Notes under the pieces: generated by a model
Database searches by the model: none
What the model was told of the DNA's origin: nothing
What the model saw: only the letters and a program-made list of their open reading frames with translations
Shown: positions 18,970-29,853 of the stretch, piece after piece
How the letters are laid out: the number at the start of each line of letters is the position of its first letter
How positions within the stretch are numbered: the stretch's first letter is position 1
Program-made: the position numbers and the translations under genes
Assembly (NCBI GenBank): GCA_000092065.1
Contig: CP000588.1
Strand: one strand, 5' to 3'
DNA: 64,000 nt
Origin: Ostreococcus lucimarinus
Taxonomy: Eukaryota

Positions 18970-21900
18970 CTAAATTGGTTGCGGGCGCGACTGCACGATT
19001 ATTACGGCTTCGTCGTCGCCGAGCACGCCGCCTTCAACGTCTTGCGCCGCGCCGAGCGCGGTTTCGAGTTCAATCGCCGCCTTCAAAAGCCGTCGTCCGA
19101 GACGCGCTCTCGCGTCTGCGTTCGTGCTGAGTTCTTGTCGTGAGTAGTCCACTGATTCCATCGTCACTTTGCCAAACGTCGGTGCGCCGTACCTGCATCG
19201 CAGCGAAGACGCGTGATTGGCGTACGCGAGCACATCCACGGCGCCGGTGGCGCGGTCGATCTCAAAACGCCAAGGCGTGCCGTCGATACCGCTCGCGAGT
19301 GTTTCACCTAAACCGACACACACCTCAGCTTGTACAGATTTTGCGCCTCGAATCGGGCTTTGTGTGTGAAGGACGAATGAGAGCGCGTTCGGCGACAGTT
19401 CCTGCGCCAGCACCGCCATGCGCGCTTCGGATTGTTTTACGCCTGCGGCGCGGCGCGCGAGCACGGCGCGACGCGAGTACAGCGACGCCCAGACGTCAGC
19501 AATAGCACGTTGTACTTCGGTGACGTTTTGTGCATCGATGCCCACGACACTTTCGTACAGTCCGGCCGCGGACATGCCGCTTAAATCTTCCACGTTTGCG
19601 CTCGATCGCACGACCAGGCGAGCGCTCGCGTCTAATGCCGAGCACGCCCTCTCGACGATCTCGCGCTCTGGTAGGTTTTCGACGATAAAACTTTGGATCG
19701 CCGAGCACGCGTCGTCGATGTCGTGCACGCTGACGCTTTCGAGAGCGAGCAAAAGTTGACCAAATCGCTCTTCGTCGCGAATCGACGCTTCCATGGATCC
19801 GAAAGGCACGACGAATCCCGAGGGCGCTTTAAACGCCGCACTATCGCGAGCGATGATCGCCAAGCGACTGCACGTCGACGATTTCGCGCCAGCGTTTGAG
19901 ATCGTGGCTTCCGCCAAGGGCAGACACGTCATCACGTTCACCATAGCGCACGCCGTTGGCGACACGGCCGCGTGCGACACCGCATGACCGGATTCCCGCG
20001 AATCGCGCGTTCCATCGAAATCGCGCAACTCGGTATGTAATGAAGACACGTTCAAAACGGTGTCTTTTCCCACGCGCGTGCTCACTTTAGATCGAGCTTC
20101 CCCACTTAGTGCGCTAACGAGGGGCGTGCGCTCTTGCCTCGCTCGAATTGCGAGGTGTGACAAATGTGCCAACTCGTCGCGCAAGATGACTCCCTTCACA
20201 TTGCTTCCCGCCGACGAAATCTCTTCATCTCCATCGACCTCGGAGACAAACGCTATGATGTCCTTGTCTCCGTGCACTTGAACGCTCTCTGGATTCAAAC
20301 GGTCCAAAAGTACGAGCACGCCTTGCGCGTCTCCGGGGACGATCGGATCGAACCCGTCCCCGTCAACATTGCGTTCAACCACCTCCGACATCATCTCGAT
20401 CGTTCTAGAGAGTTGGAAAGCCACGCTCGCACGAATGACAGACTCGACAAATGTCGCGCCGACGTGGTGTTCCAGACCAAATGCGTCGGCAAGTTGTGCG
20501 GGAGCGTCGCCGAAACCACTCATGACGGCTCTCGTTTGCGATTCGATGAGTCGCCTTGCGCGTTGTAGCGTTGCCTTCAAGCGAAGGGCCGCATTTCCGT
20601 CCTCGATCGCGGGTGTGCTCGTAGTCCAAGACATGAGCTCACGTGCGATGATTCCAGTCTCGAGGGACTTCCATCCCGAAAGACCGATGTGTTTCAAAGC
20701 GAGCGCAGAAACGTTCGCCGCGTGCTGCATGTTGTCTGACTTCTCTCGCTCCATGAGATTATTGCAGCGCGCTAATAACACAAACGCGTACTCCTCCAGC
20801 GACATTTCTACCTGTCGCCAGGCGTGCCGTTGTCGCACGGAATCATCCGGAGCGTCGTTTCGCATCCCCGTGCTGAGACCGGCGCAAAAGTACGATCGTA
20901 GCCGTGTGCAGACGTCTAGCGTGTGACGCAGCGTTGCACCTTCATGATTGAGCCAGCCGTCGTTGAGATTGTTGAGCGAGTGTTGCAGTTCGCTAAGTTC
21001 GCCGATGAGCGGTTCCGTTTCCTCGTCTAAAGTCCCCCTAAGGCTATCGAGACGCTCAAACACGCCGGTGGCGTTGAAGAAACGTTTGAGTTCTCTGTGG
21101 AACTCGCGAAACTCGCGAACGAAGTCTTCAGAGTACTCGCCCTCACGCGCGGTGATTCGTTCTAACACAACTTCGGTTGCGATTAAATCCTCTGGCCCAG
21201 CGTTCCGATGCAGCTTGTTCTGAATCGTGTGTTTGATGGTTTTCTTCAAATCCTCCGGAATGTCGTTTCTGTGCGCTATGTCCCGAATTCGCGTCAGCGG
21301 CACGGCGTTCGTGAACTCTTCGTTGAACGAAGGTAGCCAAGGGTGGACTTGACGCATAACAACGCGCTCAACTTCGCCCAAATCCGTTCCGTGACGATAC
21401 ATCGCGCCCTGCACCTGCTCCATACTTATAAATATCCCCCGACCCACCATCGCCGGTCCGTTTGGACGACGATGACCTCCACTCTCCACGCACTTGATCG
21501 TCCCGGTGCTTATCCAACGCAAATACGTCGCGCTCACAGCCAACTTATCGCGCGTGATCTCTTTTCCGATACCGATTTGATTCGCCACGGCCGCGAGCTT
21601 CTCGAACCACGACCCGCCGCTTTCGTCCGCGAGCACGACGGCTCGCGCCGCGCTCGCTTCTTCCAAATTGCCCACATCCCAACGCATCGTCGCCGGCCGA
21701 TCGCTCGTGTGCTCGTTCGACTGCATCATCCGTACCTCACCGCCGCTCCATCCCTTCGCGCTCGTCGAGACCGACGGCGGCTCGCCGCCGCCGCCGTCGT
21801 CGTCGCGAGCCTCCGCTCGAGCGTCCTCGCGCGTCTCGCCTCCTCCTCCACCTCCTCCACCATCGCGCGTCACCGCGCACGCTCCGTCTCCGTACACTCC

Positions 21901-22302
21901 ACGAACGACGCATTTTTTCGCGTCGCGCACGTCCTCCACGCGCACCGTCTTATTTTCTCCGCCCTCCCACTCGACGTCGCCGCTCGCGCGTCGGCGCACG
22001 CACTTAAACGCCACCCCATCGACACCGACGTCCACGTCCGCGCGCGCGCACCACGCGTCACCGTCCGTCCACTGTAACTCCAACGCTCGGTCGACGTTCC
22101 ACGCGCCGAGGGCGTCGGCGTCGCCGACGAGCGCGAGGGAATCGCCGTAGTCGAGCTGCGCGGTGATTGCAAAGTGAAACTCGATCGACGCGCGCGAAGC
22201 GATCGACGCGCGCGGTCGCGAACGCGCGCGCGGGGACGCGCGCGTTTGACTCGGTGCGCGCGCCGGGCGCGCGCGAGGCGCGAAGGCGCGTCGCGTCTGC
22301 AT
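18970..22302 (-). CDS. Phosphoglucan/alpha-glucan water dikinase (PWD/GWD3-like) with N-terminal CBM20 starch-binding domain and transit-peptide-like N-terminus
   Basis: CBM20-like 'IEFHFAITAQLDYGDSLALVGDADALGAWNV..WTDGDAWCARADV..EWEGGENKTVRV'. Phosphohistidine motif 'LSHLAIRARQ' (compare GWD 'LSHVSVRARN'). C-terminal nucleotide-binding motif 'RSSANVEDLSGMSAAGLYESVVGI'. Confidence 0.85.
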   Translation of the reverse strand: MQTRRAFAPRARPARAPSQTRASPRARSRPRASIASRASIEFHFAITAQLDYGDSLALVGDADALGAWNVDRALELQWTDGDAWCARADVDVGVDGVAFKCVRRRASGDVEWEGGENKTVRVEDVRDAKKCVVRGVYGDGACAVTRDGGGGGGGGETREDARAEARDDDGGGGEPPSVSTSAKGWSGGEVRMMQSNEHTSDRPATMRWDVGNLEEASAARAVVLADESGGSWFEKLAAVANQIGIGKEITRDKLAVSATYLRWISTGTIKCVESGGHRRPNGPAMVGRGIFISMEQVQGAMYRHGTDLGEVERVVMRQVHPWLPSFNEEFTNAVPLTRIRDIAHRNDIPEDLKKTIKHTIQNKLHRNAGPEDLIATEVVLERITAREGEYSEDFVREFREFHRELKRFFNATGVFERLDSLRGTLDEETEPLIGELSELQHSLNNLNDGWLNHEGATLRHTLDVCTRLRSYFCAGLSTGMRNDAPDDSVRQRHAWRQVEMSLEEYAFVLLARCNNLMEREKSDNMQHAANVSALALKHIGLSGWKSLETGIIARELMSWTTSTPAIEDGNAALRLKATLQRARRLIESQTRAVMSGFGDAPAQLADAFGLEHHVGATFVESVIRASVAFQLSRTIEMMSEVVERNVDGDGFDPIVPGDAQGVLVLLDRLNPESVQVHGDKDIIAFVSEVDGDEEISSAGSNVKGVILRDELAHLSHLAIRARQERTPLVSALSGEARSKVSTRVGKDTVLNVSSLHTELRDFDGTRDSRESGHAVSHAAVSPTACAMVNVMTCLPLAEATISNAGAKSSTCSRLAIIARDSAAFKAPSGFVVPFGSMEASIRDEERFGQLLLALESVSVHDIDDACSAIQSFIVENLPEREIVERACSALDASARLVVRSSANVEDLSGMSAAGLYESVVGIDAQNVTEVQRAIADVWASLYSRRAVLARRAAGVKQSEARMAVLAQELSPNALSFVLHTQSPIRGAKSVQAEVCVGLGETLASGIDGTPWRFEIDRATGAVDVLAYANHASSLRCRYGAPTFGKVTMESVDYSRQELSTNADARARLGRRLLKAAIELETALGAAQDVEGGVLGDDEAVIIVQSRPQPI

Positions 22303-22443
22303 CTGCGGAAGCTCCGCGCCGAGACAGTTACCGCGAGGCGACGACGGCGCGAAGAAGAAGAAGAAACCAATGCAGGCGCTAAATTACAACGCCGCGGAGC
22401 GAACTCGCGCGATTCGAAACGATGATGAAAACAATCGGTGAAA

Positions 22444-23733
22444 TCACTCTGCGCTGGCCTCTTTAGCGCGCGTGTTGACGAAATAAATTCCGACGAGCGT
22501 CACCGCCGCGCCGCCGAGTTGGGTGGCGCTGAGCGTCTCGTCCAGGGTGAGATACCCGAGCGCGGCGGCGAACATCGGAGTGAGGAACGTGAGCGAGCTG
22601 AGTTTCGTGAGTGACCCCTTGGTGGCAAAGTAGAAGAAGGCGCCGTAGGCGACGGCGCCGCCGAAGACCGACGCGTACAACAGCGACGCGACGTCGGCGC
22701 CGCTCAGAGACAAATGCGAATAAAGTTCCGGTTCCGTGGCGAGAGAGTACGCGAGCAAAGGCACGCCGCCGAGCGCCATGTGCCACCCGGTCGCCATCAC
22801 CGGGTCGACGTACTTGCACACCCATCGCACCATGACTGTGCCGACGGCCATGGACTGCGCCGCGAGCAACATCCACCACTCGCCGCTGTCCCACAACGAT
22901 CCTTCGAGGCGCAACGCGCTGAGCGCGTCGGCGCCGTCGCTGTTCACAACGGATTTCAACGCATCTTCCGGAAGTTCGAGCAATAACAGACCGAGAACGC
23001 CGAGCGCCAATCCCGCGACGCCCTCGACGCCGAGCGTCTCGCCGAAGAAAATCGACGCCAAAATCGCCACCGTGAGCGGTTGCGAATCGATGATCACCGA
23101 ACCTAACCCCGCCGACGTGCGCTGCAATCCTTCCGCGAGAAACCCTTGAAACATGGCGGCGTCGACGACGGCGAACGCCGCGACGGCGCCCCACGCCGTC
23201 GCCGTCTTCGGCATCGGTCGACCCTTACTCAGCGCCCACGCCACTAAAATCAACCCCGACGGAATCAATCGCACCGACGCGACGAACATCGGCGACGTCA
23301 CCGGCAAAACCCCTTTCATCGCCACCATCGACGTCCCCCACAGAAAAAACGGCGACACGAGCGCCAAATTCGCCGCCGCGCCGCCGCTCGCGCTCGCCGC
23401 CGCGCTCGCCCCCGCGCTCGCCCCCGCCTCGTCCGCGAGCGCCTCCGCGTCGCACGACGCCTCCATCCCGACCCCCACGCACTCCACCCCGCGCGCCTCG
23501 CGCGTCGGTTCCGGGATCACGCACTCCGCGCCCATCGTCGACGCCACGCACTCGACGCCCGCGTCGTCGTCCTCCTCGCGTCGCGTCGTCGTCGCCGCCG
23601 TCGCCGCCGTCTTCGTCTCCGACGACGACGACGCGCGTCTCGTCGTTCGCTCGCGCGGTCGCGTCGCGCGCCGCGTCGCGCGCGCGCGCGTCGTCGGCGT
23701 CGTCGCGCGATGCGTCGCGATCGTCATCGTCAT
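22444..23733 (-). CDS. EamA-domain (drug/metabolite transporter superfamily) membrane protein with Thr/Arg-rich N-terminal extension
   Basis: Two EamA-like halves with ~10 predicted TM helices ('LVSPFFLWGTSMVAMKGVLP', 'TLGVEGVAGLALGVLGLLLLE', etc.). N-terminus resembles an organellar targeting sequence. Confidence 0.7.
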   Translation of the reverse strand: MTMTIATHRATTPTTRARATRRATRPRERTTRRASSSSETKTAATAATTTRREEDDDAGVECVASTMGAECVIPEPTREARGVECVGVGMEASCDAEALADEAGASAGASAAASASGGAAANLALVSPFFLWGTSMVAMKGVLPVTSPMFVASVRLIPSGLILVAWALSKGRPMPKTATAWGAVAAFAVVDAAMFQGFLAEGLQRTSAGLGSVIIDSQPLTVAILASIFFGETLGVEGVAGLALGVLGLLLLELPEDALKSVVNSDGADALSALRLEGSLWDSGEWWMLLAAQSMAVGTVMVRWVCKYVDPVMATGWHMALGGVPLLAYSLATEPELYSHLSLSGADVASLLYASVFGGAVAYGAFFYFATKGSLTKLSSLTFLTPMFAAALGYLTLDETLSATQLGGAAVTLVGIYFVNTRAKEASAE

Positions 23734-24391
23734 CGTCGCGGCGTCGTCTCGGCGCGGCGCGCGTCGCCGCGCGTCGCCGCGACGGGTCGAGGGTTCGCTC
23801 GCGCGTCCGGCGCGCGTCCGGCGCGCGCGCGCGCGTGCGCGGTCGCGCGACGGGTCGGCGCGCGGTCGCGTCGCGCGCCATCGTCATCGTCGCACTGTTT
23901 GCGCATAGAACCCACAGCCACACGAGTCACGAACCCTAATTGTGCGCGCGCGACACACTCGACCGCGCGCGACGCCCGCGCGACGCCGCGAACGCTCGAC
24001 GAGGTGCGCGCGCGATCGATCGCGCGTCGATCGTTCGCGCGCGCGCGCCGGCCGCGCTCGGACGCGCGATCGAGCGCGACGCGCGAACGAACGATCGACG
24101 CGGACGCGAACGCACGCGCGCGACGCGAACGAACGCGCGCGACGCGAACGACGACGAGAGGACTGACGGCGACGCGGACGCGACGCGGACGCGACGCAGG
24201 CGCTCGGTCGCGCGCGAGATGGTGGACTCGAAGGTGCGACGACGACGACGACGCGAACGGGTGATTTCGATTTCGGGCGCGCGCGCCAACGGCTTTTTAA
24301 ACCGCGCGGCGAATCGGACGAATTGGACGCGGGAGGGGGCGATCGCGGGCGCGAGACTGACGAAAACGCGGCGAACGCGCGATAGAATGCG

Positions 24392-25291
24392 TTGCGGTTG
24401 ACGGATGAGAGCTCGCCGGAGCCGCCGAAACGGGCCATGACGGCGTATTTGATCTTTTGCAGCAAGCATCGCGAGCGAGTGATGCGGGAGGTGCACGGAG
24501 ACGACGGCGCGCGGAAGTTTTCGCGAGACGAAATGCAGTTAGTGACGACGCGGTTGGCGGAGATGTGGAATAACATTTCGGAGAAGGAGAAGAAGGAGGT
24601 GCAGGCGAAGGCGGCCGCGGCGAAGGCGGAGTATGAGATGCAGAAGGCTGCGTTTTCGCCGGCGTTGCTGAAGAAGTTGCATCGGTTGAAGAGCAAACCG
24701 AAGGGAACGGTCGTCGTGGAGGCGCAGGGTGAAAAGCCCGTGCGCGCCAAAACGGCGTATTTGATCTTCTGTGGTAAGCATCGCGCGGCGGTGATGCGGA
24801 AGATTCATCCGGAACCAGAGGCCAAGTTTACGCGCGCTGAGATGCAGCAAGTCACCACGGAGTTGGCTGCGTTGTGGAATAACATCTCCCCGCAGGAGCT
24901 CGCCGAATGCAAGGCGGCGGCGGCGAAAGAGCTCGAGCGATACAAGCAGTTGAAAGCAGAATACCGCCCGCCGGTGTACGGGCCATCCAAGCGGAACAAA
25001 GGCAAGAGCGTGCCGGGCAAGCCCAAGCGCGCTCCCACCGCGTACCTCATCTTTGCCGAAGAGTTGCGCGCCAGAATCAGACAGGAGCGACCGCATTTGA
25101 AGCACGACGAAATCTCTCAAAAACTGTCTACGGCCTGGAAGGAGATCGACGAAGCCTCCAAGAGAATCTTCCAGCAAAAGGCGGACGCAATCAAGGCGGA
25201 TCTCATGCAAAACATGCCGAGTTCTGTGATGCTCACGGGCCTGGAACACTCCTTACCGGAGCCACACTACAATACGCACATGTACCCCTAA
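24392..25291 (+). CDS. HMG-box DNA-binding protein with three tandem HMG boxes
   Basis: Three repeats of 'P(K/P)KR(A/P)xTAYLIF...W(N/K)..S..EK..' at residues ~12, ~118 and ~215 ('PPKRAMTAYLIF', 'KPVRAKTAYLIF', 'KPKRAPTAYLIF'). Confidence 0.75.
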   Translation: MRLTDESSPEPPKRAMTAYLIFCSKHRERVMREVHGDDGARKFSRDEMQLVTTRLAEMWNNISEKEKKEVQAKAAAAKAEYEMQKAAFSPALLKKLHRLKSKPKGTVVVEAQGEKPVRAKTAYLIFCGKHRAAVMRKIHPEPEAKFTRAEMQQVTTELAALWNNISPQELAECKAAAAKELERYKQLKAEYRPPVYGPSKRNKGKSVPGKPKRAPTAYLIFAEELRARIRQERPHLKHDEISQKLSTAWKEIDEASKRIFQQKADAIKADLMQNMPSSVMLTGLEHSLPEPHYNTHMYP

Positions 25292-25375
25292 TTGTGGGCA
25301 CAAAGCTCATAGCAAGAGTAGACGCATGTAACAGATTACCACGACTTACTATGAATGATTTTTTATCATCACATT

Positions 25376-27754
25376 CTAACTTTCGAGTAGGCGCAACGCG
25401 CGCTCCTCGAGTGATTCTAACTTTTCGTCTGCGGTCATCATTCCTGCGACGGCGGGGTCGATAACATTCTTCTTGCGCGGAACGTCGCGATCGTCATCCG
25501 ATTCGCTAAAGTCACCTAAACTATCTTCTGAGTCCGAACCGCCTAACGTGACATCGGCGCCGCCCTCGTCTTCAGCGTTGCGAAGCTTTTGCTTTTTGCG
25601 CTGGCGGCCCTCGCGAAGGCGCGCCTTTTCACGCCCTTTGTCCACTCGGTCGGCATCCTTGCGCTCGGCCGCGACTTCTGCGTAACGCGCCTTCACGGCC
25701 ACTCGCAGACTTTCACCTGGTGCGCTCACTTCTTCTATGCCACTCTTTACCCCGAGCGCCTGGAGTGGCGCCATGGACGTCCCGTCCTCGTCGAAGACGA
25801 CGCGTTTGTTCGCGCCGTGACCACTCTCCTTGATTTTCAGCTTGCCCTTGAGCGCGCGCTTTCGCGCGATTTCTGCCGCCTTTTTGTCGGCGTTATACTT
25901 TTCTGCGTCGTCGGACTCGGAATCACTACCCACGAGCTTGTGATTTGTGCGTTTGACATTCATAAAATCGTCGTCGTCGTCCTCGCCTTTTTCGACGACT
26001 AGACCAAATCTACCACCACCCTTGCGTTGAATGACACCCTCCTTCGGGAGCGGAACGGTTTCTTCACTTGTACTTTCATCAGTGTCGTTGTCCTCGTCGT
26101 CATCATCGTCGCCAGCATCATCGCTCGCCTCATCCTCCTCTCGATCACTGGCGTCGTCTTCCGCTTCGTCGTCGTCGTCGGAATCGCTCTCGTCGCGCGC
26201 GCCGGCTGATTTTCCTTGTTGTAAGAATCTCAAGCGCGGTGCGTTCGGTAATCCCATGGAGAATGCGTAGGCATCCATATCGATAGACTTGATGTCGAAG
26301 ACCTTCTTGTTCTTTTGGAGATACACCGATCTCAGATAGCAAATCACTGCGCGTTGCGACAAGTATTTTAAATCACTGTCCTTAGAAAGTAATCCCTGCA
26401 TCGAGCTTTGAATGCGCGAGGACTGCTTTTTGGGGTTGAGTTTGATCGGCTTCAGAGGAACTTTTGCCACCTCGAGCTCTTTCATGAAGTGAGATTCGCC
26501 CGGGGTGAGCATCAATAGACCTTTACCAGCGGCCGTGTACCTTGCCGTTCGTCCGACGCGATGAATGTACGTCGCGACGTCCTCTGGACAATCCGCTTGA
26601 ACGACCCAATCGACGGATGGGAAATCTAAACCACGACTTGCGACGTCTGTCGCGAACAAAACTGTTTCCTTGGCGTTGCAGAAGTTGTAAAACACGCCCT
26701 GGCGTCGCGCCTGTTTCAATCGTCCGTGAATGCACTGCAGCGGCACCCCGGGTCGCATGCGCTTGAAAATTTCGTACACAAACTTCACCTGCTTACAGCT
26801 CGAGAAAAACACGAGCGTCTTCGCGTTCAAGTGAGTCTTTATGAATGACCACAGCACTTCAATTTTCTTCTCAAGCGCGCATGTGGTGACCATTTGTTGC
26901 AGCTTGGGCGGTGTCGAATGTACGCTCTCCGCATGCACTGATAAGTATTCGGGATCCTTCAACCCAAGTCGCGCCAAATCCTTTACGCTCTTCGTCTGCG
27001 TCGCACTGAACAGCAGTGTTTGACGATTCTTTGGCAAGTTGTCGATGATGGCGTTGAGCGTCTTCGTGAATCCTAAATCCAACATTCGATCCGCCTCATC
27101 GAGTACCAACATTTGCAGCGTCACGCAGTCGAACATCGGCGTCTCATCCATGTGCTGCAACAACCTTCCGGGCGTGCACACTAAAATATTCATCTTATTC
27201 ACCCTATTCGCTTCTTCCTGCACGTCCTTTCCCCCGATCAACAGCCCAGCCGACATCGTGTGCCTCGCGCCCACCTTCGTGAGGCATTGAAAAATCTGAA
27301 TGGCCAACTCTCGCGTCGGCGATATCACCAACGCCCCGACGCCATCCTGCCGTCCCCACTTCTTCCGCCACAGCGATTCGATCAAAGGCACGACGTACGC
27401 CAGCGTCTTCCCACTTCCCGTTTTCGCCGCACCGAGGACGTCTCGTCCGCACAGCGCGTGCGGCAGCGTCGCTCGCTGTATAGCCGTCATCTCCTTAAAT
27501 TTACACTCCCGCAGCGCCGCCTTCGTCGCCTGGCTGATCGGCAGGTGCGCAAACTTCCGCATTCCCATCAGCGACGTCCCCGCGTCGCCGTCGGAGCTCT
27601 TACGCGGCGCGACGGCGAGCGGGTTGTCACCGCTCGCGGGCTTGGTGTCGGCGATGACGGCTTCGATTTCCGCGATTTCCGCATCGACGCGCGCGCTCGC
27701 GGACAGACGCTTCGTCGTTTTCGCGCGCGCCTTTGTGTTTTTATCTTTCGCCAT
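25376..27754 (-). CDS. DDX10: DEAD-box ATP-dependent RNA helicase DDX10/Dbp4
   Basis: Q-motif, 'AKTGSGKT', 'PTRELA', 'DEAD', 'SAT' and the C-terminal DUF4217-like segment 'VICYLRSVYLQKNKKVFDIKSIDMDAYAFSMGLP' are all visible. Acidic tail. Start set at 'MAKDKNTKARAK' (27754) because the upstream part of ORF ..28288 is Arg-rich. Confidence 0.85.
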   Translation of the reverse strand: MAKDKNTKARAKTTKRLSASARVDAEIAEIEAVIADTKPASGDNPLAVAPRKSSDGDAGTSLMGMRKFAHLPISQATKAALRECKFKEMTAIQRATLPHALCGRDVLGAAKTGSGKTLAYVVPLIESLWRKKWGRQDGVGALVISPTRELAIQIFQCLTKVGARHTMSAGLLIGGKDVQEEANRVNKMNILVCTPGRLLQHMDETPMFDCVTLQMLVLDEADRMLDLGFTKTLNAIIDNLPKNRQTLLFSATQTKSVKDLARLGLKDPEYLSVHAESVHSTPPKLQQMVTTCALEKKIEVLWSFIKTHLNAKTLVFFSSCKQVKFVYEIFKRMRPGVPLQCIHGRLKQARRQGVFYNFCNAKETVLFATDVASRGLDFPSVDWVVQADCPEDVATYIHRVGRTARYTAAGKGLLMLTPGESHFMKELEVAKVPLKPIKLNPKKQSSRIQSSMQGLLSKDSDLKYLSQRAVICYLRSVYLQKNKKVFDIKSIDMDAYAFSMGLPNAPRLRFLQQGKSAGARDESDSDDDDEAEDDASDREEDEASDDAGDDDDDEDNDTDESTSEETVPLPKEGVIQRKGGGRFGLVVEKGEDDDDDFMNVKRTNHKLVGSDSESDDAEKYNADKKAAEIARKRALKGKLKIKESGHGANKRVVFDEDGTSMAPLQALGVKSGIEEVSAPGESLRVAVKARYAEVAAERKDADRVDKGREKARLREGRQRKKQKLRNAEDEGGADVTLGGSDSEDSLGDFSESDDDRDVPRKKNVIDPAVAGMMTADEKLESLEERALRLLES

Positions 27755-27948
27755 CGCGCGCGGCGCGGGCGCGGACGCGGGCGGGACGAGGCGCCGAGTG
27801 AAGCGCCGCCGCCGCCGCCGGTCGAGCTCGGGAAACTGTTGGACGCGCGACGCGACGAGCGACGAGCCGCGATGGATGCGAGGGCGAGACGCGCGTCGAA
27901 AGGACGAGCGCGCGGCTGGCGCATCGTGACGATCTTTTTTGAATGAAA

Positions 27949-29580
27949 TCACACTCTCGGATCGATGGTTTGAAGCTTTTCGGGAAGGCGGTGATCGGCG
28001 CTCGGGAGCGACACCATCGCGTCCGCCTTGACGGTGACCTCGTGGAGGGCGCGACGATAGCGATAACGCACGCGCAAATGCTTGTCCTCGCCGGGACACG
28101 GATCGCAGAATCCGAGGAGATCGCACATGGCAACGTTTTCGTACAGATCGAGGGTGTCGTTGTCGACCATGAATTGAAGCGCGCGCGTGACGTCGACGTA
28201 CGGCGGCGGCGACGCCGCGGGCTTCGGGGCGTCTGGGCTGCCTTCTTCCGTTGAATTCGCGTTCGGCGACTGCGACGAGGGCGACCACGTCCGGAAGTTC
28301 GGAATGATTGGTGCGTCTTTAACGGTGTTTCGTCGCGGATCGAACGCGCCGAAGACGGCGCTTTCGATGACAAGACCGCCGCGCTCTCGCGCGGCGCGCG
28401 CCTTTTTATCAGCCGTCTCGGCGATCATTTTCGTCGCAGAGTGCGCTTCACGCATCGCCACGAGAATGGTCCGTTTGTTCTTCTCCCTAGCCGCGAGCTG
28501 ACGCTTGCGGATGTATCGATTCATGATCGGTCGCGCCACGAAGTGGCGCAACAGCGCGATGGCGATGGGCGGCAGCGTAAACGCCAACAGCGACTTGCGC
28601 CATGTCACCATCGGCGTTAATAATATTGGCACCACGAATCGCTGTCCTTGTCTGTTCACTCTAAATCGAAGCGAAAGCCCTCGCAAGCTGACGACGATAC
28701 TAGCGCCGAGCGCGGTGTCCTCGTCCACTTGCTTCGTCGCGCCGACGTCGAGCTCGGCGCCCGCGGTGCCTAATTTCCAACCCACCCTGTACACCCTTTT
28801 TTCGTCCATTTGTCGAATGAAATGCCCATTCAATCCACTCGCCGCTACCCCAACGCTAAAATCGCACTTGACGGCATTCTTACCGAACGCGTGCGTCGCC
28901 CCGGTGGACATCGACGACACCGGTCCGACGTTCCACGTCAAATGCCCCCTCGTTTGCGCAAACAGCTGGCGCTGAAGCATGAGCTGCAACCCGAACCCTT
29001 GCTGCGCGATATAATTATGTGACACCGCCCCCGTGGTGTGCGTCGTGAGCTGCCTCGTCACCGTCGCCGTCACCGCGCTCGTCTGCCCCGTCTGCGCGCT
29101 CACGTCGAGCGACGTCAACGGCGAAAACGCTCGTCGCCACCCTAATATAAAATTCCCCGCCCCACGTCCCCCTCGCGTCGTTCCCTGCGTCACCGTGTAC
29201 ACCGCATCCTCCTCGCTCAGCGGTATCTCCATCGAATTCTGCAGCGACACGCTCGTCAAATCCAACCCGGGATTATTCGTAAACGCCGCTCGCCGACGCG
29301 CTATGCTCTCCTCCATCAAATGCGCCGCACTGAACCCGAACACGTACGTCCCGCTGTGATTCAACCGCGCCTCCGCCGCTTCCTTCGTCTCTTTCGCGCG
29401 CCGTCGCTCGTATTCGATTCGCATCTCCTCCGTCGTTTTCCCTCTCGCGCCGAGCTCGCGTCCCGCCCGCACGCCATCCATCCCGTACGCGTCGTACGTC
29501 CGTCGCGCGTCCGCATCGCTCAGCACCTCGTACGCCTCGCTCAGCGCCGCGAACGCGCGTTGCGCCGCCTCCGTCGCGCC

Positions 29581-29618
<38 letters not shown>

Positions 29619-29772
29619 GGTCGCGGCGTCGTCGCGGCTGTTTATCTGGATGCAACGCCGCCGCGAGCTTTCGGTACGCGCGCTTGATCTCGTCGGCCTC
29701 GGCGTCGCGCGCGACGCCGAGCGCGGCGTACAGATCGCGCGCGCTCGTCGACGCGTCGTCCGCGCGCGACAT
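27949..29772 (-). CDS. J-domain protein, DNAJC11-like (N-terminal J domain, beta-rich C-terminal region)
   Basis: J domain '[32 protein letters not shown]'. Poly-Asp tract. C-terminal region resembles the DNAJC11 DUF3395 by recall. Start set at '[15 protein letters not shown]' (29772). Confidence 0.65.
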
Positions 29773-29853
29773 GGCGCGGCGCGCGCGACGGAGTGACGAG
29801 ATTGGAATCCGAACGCGAATCCACAGACGGCGACGCGCGCGAACGACGGCGCG

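Noticed and set aside
23153-24750. Multiple overlapping Arg/Asp/Ala-rich ORFs on both strands in the EamA-HMG spacer
   Set aside because: Highly repetitive (cgcgacg)n-type sequence with open frames in all phases. No domain, and frames disagree with each other. Interpreted as a repetitive GC-rich bidirectional promoter region, not coding.
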